Source of the DNA: Eledone cirrhosa
Lineage: Eukaryota
Assembly: GCA_964016885.1 (NCBI GenBank)
Contig: OZ024741.1
Location: forward strand, 79,236,001 to 79,300,000
DNA: 64,000 nt
Direction: 5' to 3'
A model generated the notes under the pieces. It was given only the letters and a program-made list of their open reading frames with translations, was not told the origin of the DNA and did not search any database. Every line of letters starts with the position of its first letter. Positions within the stretch are counted from its first letter, which is position 1. This document shows positions 41,717 through 55,050 of this stretch, piece by piece. The position numbers and the translations under genes were made by a program.

Positions 41717-42534
41717 TATATAGTCGAATATCATTTTTTACATTAAAACAAGGGACACATAGTTGACACCAATATATAACTAGTACACGTTTTGTCTATA
41801 GGAATTACTCCAGTATGTCTAATAGAATTTCAAGAAGTATCGTTGGATCAAAGCCAATATCTTGTGAGTGTAATTTGGTTAACGGATTCTTTGAGAAAAT
41901 CTGTGGTATATATATATATATCCATACCTGGTATGCGGTTCCTCTCCGCAGAAGGTAGCGTCACATGATTTACTATTGTATATAGCTTGCGTGTAAAGGT
42001 ATCATGTAAGTTTGTTTTCTATTGTATATAGCTTGCGTGTAAAGGTATCATGTAAGTTTGTTCTCTATAAAATTATTAACTGTTACAGTATATTATATTA
42101 CATTATACTACATTATATTATATTACCTTATATTATATTATATCAATAAATGTAAATCTGAGTTTATCGAATACTAATATTAATATTCGATTCGTTTGCA
42201 ATTATGCAAACAGCCTCTTAAGCCATGTCAGTAGAATGGCCCCGTCATTCTTGCCCTTGTATTGGCATTCAAATAGAATGGCAGACGCTAATGCTTCTGG
42301 GTGATTACCCTTCATCAGTACCGTATCCTGTTTACCTGCCAACTGCCAGAGCTAGTAAAAATATATGATATTTTCTGGAATATACTGTTACTGGTCGGCC
42401 TGATTTGCATATTAGTAGACTGCTTGATCACTCAGATCTGCATATTAGCAGACCCACTGATCAGCCAGATTTGCATATCTGCAGATAGGCCAAACTGATT
42501 AGCCTATCTGCTGATATGCATTCCAATATGACTT

Positions 42535-42979
42535 CTACGCGCCACCGATGTTGTTCAAGGGAAAGGCAAAGGCCAATACAGCTTGGCACCAGTGCCGTCG
42601 CAACTCATTTCTACAGCTGATTAAACTGGAGCAACGTGAAATAAAGTGTCTTGCTCAATGACACAACGCATGGTTTTGAAGTTAGGGTATTCGGCTCACA
42701 ATCGTAAGGTCATGAGTTCGATTCTCGGCCGCGCGTTGTGTCTTTGAGCAAGACACTTTATTTCACATTGTTCCAGTCAACTCAACTGGCAAAAATGAGT
42801 TGTACATGTAATTCGAAGGGCCTGCCTTGTCACATTCTGTGTCACGCTGAATCTTCCTGGGAACTACGTTATGGGTACGTGTGAAAGTGGAATGCTGAGC
42901 CACTTGCACGTTAATTTCAGGAGCAGGCTGTTCCGTTGATCGATCAACTGGAACACTCGTTCTACACGACTGAGTGTCA

Positions 42980-42980
<1 letters not shown>
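42535..42980. mobile_element. Second SINE group: minus copy 42535-42670 and plus copy 42672-42980
   Basis: tRNA-like head with gagttcgattc, plus shared core gtgtctttgagcaagacactttatttcac in both orientations. Possibly related pieces at 12110-12210 and 38185-38285. Confidence 0.75.
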
Positions 42981-43047
<67 letters not shown>

Positions 43048-43184
43048 TAAATTAGCGAGAATCGTATTTCAGCACAGGAATTAACGAAAATCAACATCCG
43101 ATATGTGTGGCAAGCGCTCGATGATTCATGCGAATCAGAGCTACAACATACGTTAAGGGCCAAACACACTGAGATGATGGTTAA

Positions 43185-43215
<31 letters not shown>

Positions 43216-43460
43216 TTTTAGTTTCAGAAGATACCGTTAAGGCTGAAAGCAGCGATTCCTTGATTAAACTTTAATCTATTATTTTAATAGATATTTGCTC
43301 TATGGTTTTATATATTTTTATATATATATTATCCTTGTCGAGCCCTCTTCGGATTTTAGTCTTCACATTTATTATTATTACTATATATATATATATACGG
43401 TTCTCATATATTTGATATATATTTATCCTTATCGAGCCCTCTTTGGATTTTAGTCTTCAA

Positions 43461-43491
<31 letters not shown>

Positions 43492-43965
43492 GAATGCTAT
43501 GGTTGACGGATGCTCGGCTCTGTAAGGTATTGTCAATTTTGAACGCTATAACAATTGTAAATTGTTTAAAACTTTAACCAAATTGTATACAAAAACACCC
43601 TCCTCCTCGTGAGAGGGTTCTTTCTGCCCGTTATTTGGCCCTTCGGGGTTAAATAACCGCTTATTGGGGTTTTGTGCCCAATATTTATTTTAAACAAAAA
43701 AAAAAACATGGCTACGAAAAAGAATTTTCATAGGTCACTCCCACTCATTCCGTCTTCTTCTTCCTCAATCGTCACTACAGCAGAGAGAAGATTGTCTCTC
43801 TCCCTCCCTTCTCTAAATGTGTCTCTCTCCCTCCCTTCTCTTTCGCAAGCGACGCCAGAAAAAAAAATCACGTGCAAAGCGTGCAAAATTTCTCCACGAC
43901 GACGACGACAACGACGAAACAGGTGTGCTGGAAATACGAAAACCCATTTCATTCGTCTGACGTCA

Positions 43966-45509
43966 TGAATAATAGCAGTAGCAGCCGTAATAACAGCAGC
44001 AGCAGCAACAGTAAAAAGGAAAACAACAGTAGCAGCCGCAACAGCATCAGCAGCAGCATAAACAACAACAGCATTAGCAGCAACAGCAACAACAACAGCA
44101 GCAGCAGCAACAACAACAACAACAACAACCACAGCAACAGCGGCGGCGGCAGTAGTCGTAGTACCTGCAGCAACAACAAAAGTAACAGCAGCTCTGACGA
44201 CAACAACAACAACAACAGCAGCAGCAAAGAAAAACCAATCTCGTTTGCAGGTATCGCAAAGATCCTGGAAACCATCCTCATAACAAATGAGGAATTACAG
44301 GAAGCGAAGAAGATGGTGACGAAAACCGGACACCGAGCAATATGCAAGGCAGCCGAAAAATGTTTCGAAACCCAACAGCACTGTACGGTCACGTACCGAA
44401 CAGTAAGCACAAAATCCCGTAGGGTTGAAAGAGCCACAGAGGCTCAAATACAGAAAGCCTTAGGGTCTGTGTGGCAGCGGAAAACGCATATCACTCGAGG
44501 CAAGAAATATGCCACCGTAGACGTGCTTTTTGCCACACCCCAGGAGGCAAAGGCTCAATCCTTAGTGACCCTAAAGAGCGAGGAAATGGTGTTGGTGCCC
44601 TCCTACTGCGGGCAAAAATTTGTGAGGGTCAAACTGACCCACGTCCCCCCCGGCTGGCCACGTCTGTCCTCGTCGGAATCGAGGACAAAACAACTGTACT
44701 GCAAGTACAGAAAAAAAGTAAGAGAAGATTGGGTCGGCACCTCCATTGAGATGTTAATCCAAACCAACCAGGAGTGCATCGAAGCTATCCCGGATGTGAT
44801 AGACTTCGATAACGGCACTCAACTGCCCATAAGTGTTGAGGGCAAAAGCCCGAAATGCTTTCGCTGTGGATCGAAGACTCACCTCAGGGCCTTCTGCAAC
44901 AAGAAGACCCTGAGAAAGGAGAAACCCCCCCTCCTTCCGAAACCGGCTCCACGGCTACCAGCAACAGGACAAGTGGCAACCAGGAACGATAGGTCCGTGG
45001 CACCCATACCCAAGCCACGGAAATCAAGAACAGCAGCAGCAGTGGAAGTATTAACAACAACAACAGTAATACCAAATGCAGCTGCAACAGAGACTCCACT
45101 GCAAACATCACCAACAACAACAAGTGAAAGAGTGGAGCTGGTACCCCTCCCAGACCTCACAGAATCAGACATGGAGTGTGAGGTGGGAGACGGATGGCAA
45201 AAGGTCGTAAGAAGGCACAAACGCAGAAGCAGCGCATCGTCGCCTTCGAAAACGGAGAAAAGAAATGAAAAAAGGGTAAAGGCTACTGCAAAGAGACTCA
45301 CAGCAGCAAGACCACCAACATCATCACCACCCACACTAGCACCACCATCACCACCGGCGACAACCCCACCGCCAACAACAACAACACCTTCAACACCACC
45401 ACCACAAGCACCAACATCGCAAACAAAACAACAAAACACACACACCCAGCAACAACGACAAGAAAATAGCAGAACCACACCCCCCAGAAAAACAAATGCA
45501 CGGCAATAA
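43966..45509 (+). CDS. LINE ORF1: gag-like protein with CCHC zinc knuckle
   Basis: Open frame with KCFRCGSKTHLRAFC, a low-complexity N/S N-terminus and a P/T-rich basic C-terminus. First ATG at 43966. Confidence 0.8.
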
Positions 45510-45872
45510 ATACACACAACAAGAAACTAATGACTTACATAGTTGAACACACATACATTTCGCAGTACGACTACATAATACCAGCACCAATCAAAACGCC
45601 AACGAACATAAGACTGGTAAGAATATCACAGAAACAATACACAAACATTAAAACGAAATTCCCCAACGCAGTTGGTGATTTCAGAGACCTAGGAGGGACT
45701 CTCAACTGGAGAGTATATTCGGACATACTCATAGAAGAGCCGACGACCAGCCGAAGGGACGATTCAACGGTCCCTTCACCAGACGATCAAGTGAAAAGGG
45801 ATGGAAAAACATCCTTCCTCTACGAAAAGTACGGTAAGTGGTCTTTCCCATCTTTTCCACTCTATTTTAAAC

Positions 45873-48800
45873 ATGACCTCACTCAGAATAGGCAGCATAA
45901 ATGCGCGTGGCTTGGGGTCGTCATGGAAGCAGGGTCACCTGCTCAACGACCTCAGGTCACTAAACATAGATGTAGTGGCCATCAGCGAGACCAGAATCTC
46001 CGAAGCACGGGTCTTAGCACCGATCTTCGGCGGCTACGATGTGTACGCATCTCCCAGCCGTCCTGGATCGGGGGGAGGAGTTGCTGTGCTTTTTCGGAGA
46101 GGTTTGGATCTCGCCATACGGGCCATCTTCCTGGACCCAGAGGGTAAGTTGGTGGTGCTGGACGTGACCAGCGGAGACGGGCAAGCTTTCAGGCTAGTGG
46201 TCGTCTATGCCCCGACAGGAGCAGGGCAGCCTGATTTCTTCCGGCGTCTGGAGACCTTTCTTGGAACGTCCCGATCTTTAGAGTTAGTGGGCGACTGGAA
46301 CGGGATCTTAGATGCACGCTGGGACTGTGTGGGATTAGCGGATAGGGGTGGAGGGTGCAAGAGCCTCACCGACCTGCTCAGGCGTTTGAACTGTCTGACA
46401 GGTACCGATTGGATTTCCCGAATGTGCCAATGTGGACTTGGACAAATCGCATAAGGTCATCCAGATCATATCTAGATAGAGTATTTTGTAGGGAAATAGA
46501 TAGCTCTAGCATAGGCTGTCCACAATTCAAGATAGTCAGCTACACGGACCACAAATTCGTGATCTGTGTGCTTGACTTAGATAGGCTTTATAGACGAGGA
46601 CCCGGCTACTGGAAGCTAAACGCGTACTTACCAGCGCGCAAGGCCTACAGAGACCGGATTAGCGAACTAGTTAAGCGGGCGTTGACGGGGGCCATCGTCA
46701 ACAACAAGTGGTGGTTTGTTCTGAAAAGTGCGATTAGAATAGAATCCATTAGGTTTAGTAAGGCTTTAGCAATAGAGAAAAATAGAGCAGAGGGAGAACT
46801 TGTTAGAAAATTTGACGAGGCGCTTAGTAAAGGCATCGCGACCGACTTGCTTGCAGCGAAATTGGCCCTTGACCAATTCTTCAATGCAAAGCACGAAGGC
46901 TGCGTTGTCAGAGCTAGGGTGCGTGCTCTCAGACATGAGGGGACGAAAGCCGTTCAATGGGCCCGAGTGGCGGACGCGCGTTGTGGCAACAAAGTCACGA
47001 TCCGGTCTTTCGTGGACCACGACGGGCGCATGCTACTCGATCCCGGGAAAATGTGTGAAGCTTTTCAGCGACACTTCGCGCAGCTGTTCGGGGGCAGCGG
47101 TGCTCCGGGTCGAGGGATGGACTTTAGTGTCTACCTCGACGAACTGCCGCGGCTCTCGGCCACTGAGGCGGAGTGTTGCGAAAAGCCGATAACAGCCGCT
47201 GAAGTACGGGAGGCAATGACTGGCTGCACAAGAGGTAAATCGCCTGGTTTGGATGGTCTGCCCTATTAAGTTTACGTACAGATGCCAGACTTGTTCCGAG
47301 GCCTCTTGGCGGACGTCTACTGCAACTGGCAACAGAACGGGAGAATTCCCAGCTCTGTGAGCCGAGGGGCGGTGGCACTGCTGAGAAAGGATCCGAACAA
47401 GGGGGATAACATAGATAATTTCAGGCCCATAACTCTGCTAAACACAGAGTTCAAGATTTTGGCCAAGGTGCTAGCAAAGAGGTTGGCGCTTGTCGTTGGT
47501 GGTCTGGTGGGAGAGGCGCAGACATGCGCCATTCCCGACAGATCCATCCCTGACAACCTCCACCTCATGCGATACATCGTAGAGAGGGTAGCTAGGGAAC
47601 CTGGCACGGGTGGGTCCTTGATCAATTTAGATCAGTCAAAAGCTTTCGATAGGGTCGAGCATCGTTACCTAGCTGCAGTCCTGAGGGCGGCTGGATTTGG
47701 GCCCGTCTTCAGAGGCTGGATCGCTACCATGCACAGCGACATCTGCTCTGTGGTGAGAGTGAACGGTCACCTTTCGGAACCGTTCAACATCATGCGCTCG
47801 GATCGCCAAGGATGTCCCCTCTCGTCCCTCTTGTACGTATTGACTCTCGAGCCATTACTGCACAAACTGGAGACGTTGAGGGGCGTCCCGCGCGAACTAA
47901 GATACGGAAGATCCGTGTCAGCATGTGTGGACGATGTCACCGTAGTGGTGTCGAACGCCAAACACATCGAGGCGATCGGCACTACACTAAGAGAATACGA
48001 AGCGGTGACAGGAGCAATGATCAACCAGGAAAAGTCAGTGGGCCTGCAGCTCGGCACCTGGAGAGGCAGATCCATGCCGTCCAACAGCGTCGTCGGACGC
48101 TGGACGGACGGACCGGTTAAATTGCTAGGGGTCTGGTTCGGTCCGGACCTCCAGACGGACGAAAACTGGGACGAGATTACGAGCAGGGTATCTTCTCTCA
48201 CCCAGAAATGGGCGGAGAGGAAGCTATCCCTGAAAGGTCGAGCGGTGGTGGCTAACGCGTACATCGCGTCTGTCATCTGCTACCGCCTGACCGTCGTACC
48301 TTGTCCTAAGCCCCGCTTGACTGCGCTGGAGCGGTTGCTCTTTCGCTTTTTGTGGAAGGGACGCGCTCCGATGGTCAGGCGGTTCATCAGCTGTCAACAC
48401 CCGCTACGTGGAGGGCTGGGCATGCCCTGGATGATGATGCGCAGACACGCGCTCAGGCTACGACATTTCCACCTCTTCCTCGACGGTGATCAGGTGTGGT
48501 CGCCGTTTGCTAGACACGTATTTCCTCAGCTCGTTTCCTTGACGGAGCTGCAGTCCTGGGTCAAGCGAAGACCGAGAGGGAGCGCCTGGAGACTGAAATG
48601 TCTTCAGGCGCTCACAGCCCTCGACCAATCGGGCAATGTGATCGGTGGAAACTCCACCTCGGCGTTCTATAGAGGATTAGTGGAGGGGAAGTGCGACGAC
48701 GTATTTGGAGAAACTCTAGGCGTCGACGAAAATCAACTAGCCAATCTCTTCGGAAGGACTTTCGGGCCGGGACCTATGGACAACTTCCAGAAATCTCTGA

Positions 48801-49291
48801 CCTGGCAGTGCTACTGAGGAGCCTTGCCAGTTCGGGATAAACTCTACAGGCATGGAGGTGCCGTCAGCCGGGCATGTCCGAGATGCGCGCAGGGCGACGA
48901 AACCGTCCTGCACGCACTCGTCCAGGTTCCGAAAATTGCTGACTTGTGGGTTTATGTCGAACACCTGCTGTCGCGTGTAGGATGGATCCGACTATCAGCT
49001 GAGTCCATCGTGAGGATTACCCCGCCCCCTTCCTTTAGCCGGGAAGGGCAGGCAGTTTTTATCTGTCTGGTGGCCATGGCGAAAGAGATAGTATGGTGGA
49101 CACGTTTGAAAGGGCTGAAGACGAGCACTTACCTCTTCGGTGATGCCCTGATTGACTTTTTCATATTTCATTTGAAAAGGAAAATCAGAGTAGAGAGGGA
49201 AGTGCTCTCTTCCCAGCATTTTGTTGAAAGATGGGTGAGAGAAGCAAGTATGGCCCGAGTGAATGAGCCTACTCTGAGTATGTGTCTGTAA
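45873..49291 (+). pseudogene. LINE ORF2: APE endonuclease + reverse transcriptase + C-terminal Zn finger, disrupted
   Basis: SINARGL, VAISET, VYAP, GDWN, SYLDRVF, YTDHK, KSPGLDG, FRPITLLN, DQSKAFDRV, RQGCPLS, CVDD (in place of YADD) and CPRC...ETVLH. Frameshift near 46385; stops at 47267 and 48815. Confidence 0.93.
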
Positions 49292-49571
49292 ATTAAAGGT
49301 GGAAAACTGGGAGAGGGCACTTGCCCTGGTTGTCAGGGTCACTGTGGCCTTTTAATGGGCTTTCTCCACAAATGTCCCTCGGAAGTCTCCTCCTATCGGG
49401 GAATTTTTCATTGTTATTTTTATTACATCCTCCGTTTTTTTTACACGCAGAAATGCCCTTTTGTACCGTCCTGTATTGTCCTGTACTGTCCTTAATTTCT
49501 ACTTTATGTAAACCCTTGTGGTTAATAAAGAAAGCTGGGTAATTGCTGGCCTTGTGCCTAAAGTAGAAACA

Positions 49572-49762
<191 letters not shown>

Positions 49763-50505
49763 GTGTACAGAATGTTATATTGATAAAGTATAATTGCTTA
49801 TAATTTGAATCTAGCGTTTTCGTTTTCACGAAACTTGTTACGACATTTACTTGTATTGAATCTGAATATAAACAAATTGGCTTTTAGTTACTTGGCAAAG
49901 AAGCCATATATTTGATGAAATTTATAAATGATTCAAATATTAAAACCTGATAAGTTATTACAAGGTTATGTAATTTTAATAGTATCTATGTAAGTAAGCT
50001 ACCACGAGTATTTGAGAACAACTTATAGTATGTTAGAATAGAAAAATGAGAAAACCATTAACACAATACAAAGACAGAAGATATCAATTTACAGGAAGTG
50101 CGTGGAAAATAAATGTAATAAATTAATAAATAACTATGATATTACAGAGTATCAAAAAACGAGTAATTTGTAGTAAATATGAAAGAAATAGAAAAGGGTT
50201 ACTAACTAAGTTAAAAAGGGATACATTAATCCTTGAATCTATATTCAAGTAATGAGTTTATTGAAGTAAAAAGTGGAGCTTAGTGTTAAAAGGTGGAATG
50301 TAAAGTAATGTTATGTTTTTCTGGGATATTATTACGAAGTAGGAGACTAATATGAATTTTAAAAAAGGCACTAACAATTATGTGCAATGTATTATTACAC
50401 ATCACTATTCGTGTAGTAACGAACGTTATGACAAAGTTTACTATGTGATTGAAAAAAAAAAAAGAAAAAGAAAACAATATAATAAGATGCAAAAGTCATC
50501 TAAAC

Positions 50506-50964
50506 CAGCGGTCGCCAACCAGTGGTCCGAGAGAAAATTCTGGTGGTTCGCAGAAAAATTTGGACATTATTTGCAATTTTTATGTTTTATTAATAATTGT
50601 TTCTACTTTTGGCACAAGGCCAGCAATTACCCAGTGCATTACTGGTACTTTATTTTATCGACCCCGTAAGGATGAAAGGCAAAGTTAACCTCGGTGTTTT
50701 CGGTTAAAATATATTTTATAACACCCCTAAAAAATGTTTCTCCTCAATAAAGAACTAACATCCATGAAAGGATTTTACACATATGTATCATCTATCGACA
50801 ATATGACACACGTACGCTTCAGTATTGTTTAATAAAATGGAAGTTCTCTGATCATTATTTTACAAATGTATTTATCTTTTTTTTTTAAATTCATATTAAT
50901 GGACCGCGGGATTTAAAATCATTAATTTAGTGGCCCGTGAAGTCCGAAAGGTTGGCGACCGCTG
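50506..50964. mobile_element. hAT-type MITE with nested SINE fragment (50592-50695, minus)
   Basis: TIR CAGCGGTCGCCAACC / GGTTGGCGACCGCTG; perfect 8-bp TSD atctaaac. Confidence 0.92.
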
Positions 50965-51204
50965 ATCTAAACTACATCGATTTTTAGAAGGAAATGTGAA
51001 TGTGTTCGATATATTACCTATTTGGAAACGCAATAAAGAGTTTCAAAGAATTTTAGAGTTTTGAAATTTCTATTTCTACAAAATGAAACGAATTCAAGAT
51101 GTCGGTTACAAAATAAAATGTCATATGATCTTTAGCTGTAAGGCTAGAAAGGCCATTAAATATGAGTATATATCTTTACGAAAGACTAAAAAGTTTCAGT
51201 TAAA

Positions 51205-51405
51205 ATAATGATTTCTGATTTAGGCACAAGGCTAACAATTTTAGGAGATTAAATCGACCCCAGTGCATTACTGGTGCTTTATTTTATCGACCCCTTAAGG
51301 ATGAAAGGCAAAGCTAACTTCGGTGGGATTTGAACTCAGAACGTAAAGGGCCGTAACTATATGCCGTGAAGCTTATTGTGCGACGCTTTATCGATACTAC
51401 TAATG
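51205..51405 (-). mobile_element. tRNA/Nin SINE
   Basis: Matches the SINE consensus; aagtttca(g/a)ttaaaataat duplicated on both sides. Confidence 0.85.
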
Positions 51406-52042
51406 CAAGTTTCAATTAAAATAATAAAAGACGTGTTGGTTGATTTTTAAGGACCAATTGTAACTAAAAAGAGAGATATTGGTCTTTCTATACGGGTATC
51501 TAAACGTGTGTGCAGATAAGATCTTTTATTTTTAATTAATTGTTAAACTTAAATATGAAATCGAGGTAAAGTTAATGTGGATGTTAGCACAAAAGACTAA
51601 TTATTTGAATTTATAATTTATGGGTGTTGTTAGAACAATAGTTTGGAAGGTTTTTGATGGGTGGAGGTCAAACTGGGTTTTCTAATTAAACAGATTAGAA
51701 TTAGAGGTTGTAAGAACTTGTACCTGATGTTGGAAGAGGTTTCTTTTTATTTGTTTTTTATTTTATTAAGGAAAATTATGATATTTGTGATGTAGATAAA
51801 AATATATCAAGAATTATTTAGCTCATGTTAGAACTATTTTAGAATTTCGATTCCATCTTTTATTTGCTTATATATACCTTTGGTTTACCTCTTCTCTAAC
51901 TTTTTCCTTAAAAGTATTTATTATCCTTCCAACCAATATTCCATAAACACACATAGAGCTCACTGTGAAAATATTGGGCATTTATATACTCTCATATATA
52001 ACTCTCTACATACAAATTCAGTTATATATCGTCGTACCCTTG

Positions 52043-52135
<93 letters not shown>

Positions 52136-52266
52136 AAATAATCATGATATGATTCCAGTTTCTCGGAGGACTAACAACACACCCAGGAGCTGGACATATC
52201 GATGAATTGACGGAGTGGAACACATTTCAACACCATGTTTACCTGTTTTTTCTACATTAATTCGTA

Positions 52267-52319
52267 CTGCCCGATGAGGTCACAGCCAATAATGGCTGTC
52301 ACTGAAATATATATAGCAG
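52267..52319 (+). ncRNA. Type I hammerhead motif, U4C variant
   Basis: ctgc CCGATGA ggtc-acagcca-ataa-tggctgt-cact GAAA tatata TA gcag. Confidence 0.72.
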
Positions 52320-52465
52320 AGAATTTATAATAAACGAAGCCAAATTTAACATGTTTGACTTACTTATTTTACATTCGTCCGGAGTAAACAAACCAACGTG
52401 CGTACTTCATCAAGTGCTCCAACCTGTATACTGAGGTGTCGGTAAACAAACAAAACATATTCAAA

Positions 52466-52528
<63 letters not shown>

Positions 52529-52664
52529 TTGGTGCTCCGAAATAGCGATATATATATATGAATGTATATATATAGTGTATTTTGCAGTACAGTATGCTTA
52601 ATTAAAAGCATTTCGAAGACCTTACGCTATTGTTTTAGAGTAGTGACAGTCTCACTTACTTTAA

Positions 52665-52757
52665 TTTTCAGCAAACAGGGGAGATAAAGCTGACAGAGCT
52701 CTGTTTCGCACTTTTTGGTGCTTATCAAAGCTAAGTACTCCGCCTGTTTGCTGAAAA
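52665..52757 (-). ncRNA. Extended type I hammerhead with U3-A8 core
   Basis: Minus strand: ttttcagcaaacaggcggag..agct TTGATAA gcac-caaaaa-gtgc GAAA cagagctctg TC agct..ctcccctgtttgctgaaaa. Confidence 0.8.
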
Positions 52758-53485
52758 TCATGAAGGTTTAATTCTTATAGAATTCTAGTAATAATCAGGA
52801 ACTGATTATACAGAGCGGTTGCCGGTCAAGCAGAAATTGAAAATTAGAATTGCTGCTCTGAAATAGCGATATATATATGAAATAGCGATATATATATATG
52901 AAATAGCAATATATATATGAATGTATATATATATGAAATATATATATAAATATGAAATAGCGATATATATATGAATGTATATATATATATATATATATGA
53001 ATGTATATCTATGAATGTATATATACATTCATATATATATCGCTATTTCAGAGCACCAATTCTAATTTTCAATTTTCGAATCCTTAAGTTAATTAGAAAT
53101 AGTCAATTAATCAAATTTATATATCCCGGCGCATCCGGATGACCGTTAAATTTCAAATCCTTATGTTAGTTATAAATAGTGAATTAATCTAATGGCATAA
53201 GATTTCTGACTATAAAATTTATAAGGATTTATATTATAGTATAATATCATATTTAAAGTGTTACCCGAAGGTAATCCAAATAAATTATATTAAAAAATAA
53301 TCATTATATAATTTAGAAAATAATTACAATTATAAAGTTAATTAGAATGCCCTTAAGTATCCAAAAGCCATATAAATGTACTTAAAAAGGATATTAATTA
53401 AACTAGATATACGTTTTTGTCTAAACTTATACAAGGAGTATATTGTTTAAAGTTTAAGACGATATTAGTCAGTTATATATAATAT

Positions 53486-53665
53486 AATTGTTTCTACTTT
53501 AGGCACAAGGCCAGCAATTACCCAGTGCATTACTGGTACTTTATTTTATCGACCCTGTAAGGATGAAAGGCAAAGTCAACCTCGGCGGGATTTGAACTCA
53601 GATCGTAAAGGGACGTAACTATGCTGGAAAGCATGGCGTCCGACCCTCTACCGATACACTGCCCT
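53486..53665 (-). mobile_element. tRNA/Nin SINE (short, young subfamily)
   Basis: Near-identical to 40780-40962. Confidence 0.9.
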
Positions 53666-53957
53666 TCTAATATTATATTAAAAAATAATATTAAAAAATA
53701 ATCTTTATATAATTTAGAAAATAATTACAATTATAAAGTTAAAATTAGAATGCTCTTAAGTATCCAAAAGACATATAAATGTACTTAAAAAGGATATTAT
53801 TAAACTAGATATACCCATTTGTCTAAATTTATACAAAGAGTATACTGTTTAAAGTTTAAGACGATATTAGTCAGTTATATATAATATAATAAATATAATT
53901 ATTTGCAATTTTCAACTGACAGTTGAAAATTGCAAACTTGACTGTGACCACTGAATA

Positions 53958-53996
53958 TGAACCTGAAGATTGCGAAAGCATGAAAGTACTTGTTCA
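53958..53996 (+). ncRNA. Minimal type I hammerhead motif
   Basis: tgaac CTGAAGA t-tgc-gaaa-gca-t GAAA gtac TT gttca. Confidence 0.78.
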
Positions 53997-54064
53997 ATTA
54001 ACATTTAACATTTAATATTCTATCATACTATTTCATTATAATATCATTTTAAAGGATTGTGAAG

Positions 54065-54252
54065 GGCGGTAGATTGGCAGTATCGGTAGAGTTGTCGGAC
54101 GCCATGCTTTCCAGCATAGTTACGTCCCTTTACGATCTGAGTTCAAATCCCGCCGAGGTTGACTTTGCCTTTCATCCTTACGGGTCGATAAAATAAAGTA
54201 CCAGTAATGCACTGGGTAATTGCTGGCCTTGTGCCTAAAGTTGAAACAATTA
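54065..54252 (+). mobile_element. tRNA/Nin SINE, full length
   Basis: ggcggtagattggcag...gaaacaatt; tttaaaggattgt duplicated on both sides. Confidence 0.9.
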
Positions 54253-54308
54253 TAATTTTAAAGGATTGTAAATAAAACGAGTAAATCAGACAAAGTTGGA
54301 ATTCCTTT

Positions 54309-54339
<31 letters not shown>

Positions 54340-54776
54340 TTAATATAGAAAAGCTTCTCCAGGACTAGAACTGTTTCATTCGTGAGATATCATGAGGAAG
54401 CTGACTGTCCAAGTAAATATGGTGGTATTTATATCTTTTCTGGTAGTAGGAGAGGGTGGAGATTGGGATGGGTGATTGGTTGATGGGTTTAAAGAAAACG
54501 GAATTCTTTAAAAGCTAATTCTTTAAAGCTATAATTTATATTTAGAGTGACAAAGGCAGAAAGAATACTATAAACAAGTTCAGATTGGTGTACCACTCCC
54601 TATTTTTAAGTTTCTCCTAAGCTACACATACATATATAAAAAAAACACATATGTACACATATATACACATACATATATATATGTATATAAATATATACAC
54701 ATATATCTCTCCATATACATACATACATATACAAATATACAGGCATGCATGCATATATACACACATACATACATAA

Positions 54777-54858
<82 letters not shown>

Positions 54859-54946
54859 GTAGGTCTCGGGTTGAGTCGGGGATAACCACAGTAAGTAAGG
54901 TACTCAATACATGGCAGAGTAAATTTTTTTTTATTTTATAGAAGGA

Positions 54947-54995
54947 GCTTCTACAGGACTAGTACTGTTTCATTCAGATGAAATCTTCAGGAAGC
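54947..54995 (-). ncRNA. Type I hammerhead motif
   Basis: Reverse complement of 55002-55050. Confidence 0.85.
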
Positions 54996-55001
54996 ACGTG
55001 T

Positions 55002-55050
55002 GCTTCCTGAAGATTTCATCTGAATGAAACAGTACTAGTCCTGTAGAAGC
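55002..55050 (+). ncRNA. Type I hammerhead motif
   Basis: gcttc CTGAAGA t-ttc-atct-gaa-t GAAA cag-tactagtc-ctg TA gaagc. Confidence 0.85.

Larger units (their letters stand above)
43492..49534 (+). mobile_element. Near-complete Tx1/L1-clade LINE (ORF1 + disrupted ORF2)
   Basis: Two-ORF layout with 3' AATAAA at ~49524; GC-rich relative to flanks; lies between (ATT)n tracts. The 5' boundary is approximate. Confidence 0.9.

Noticed and set aside
47317-48276. Long antisense ORFs within the LINE
   Set aside because: Shadow frames of the GC-rich ORF2.
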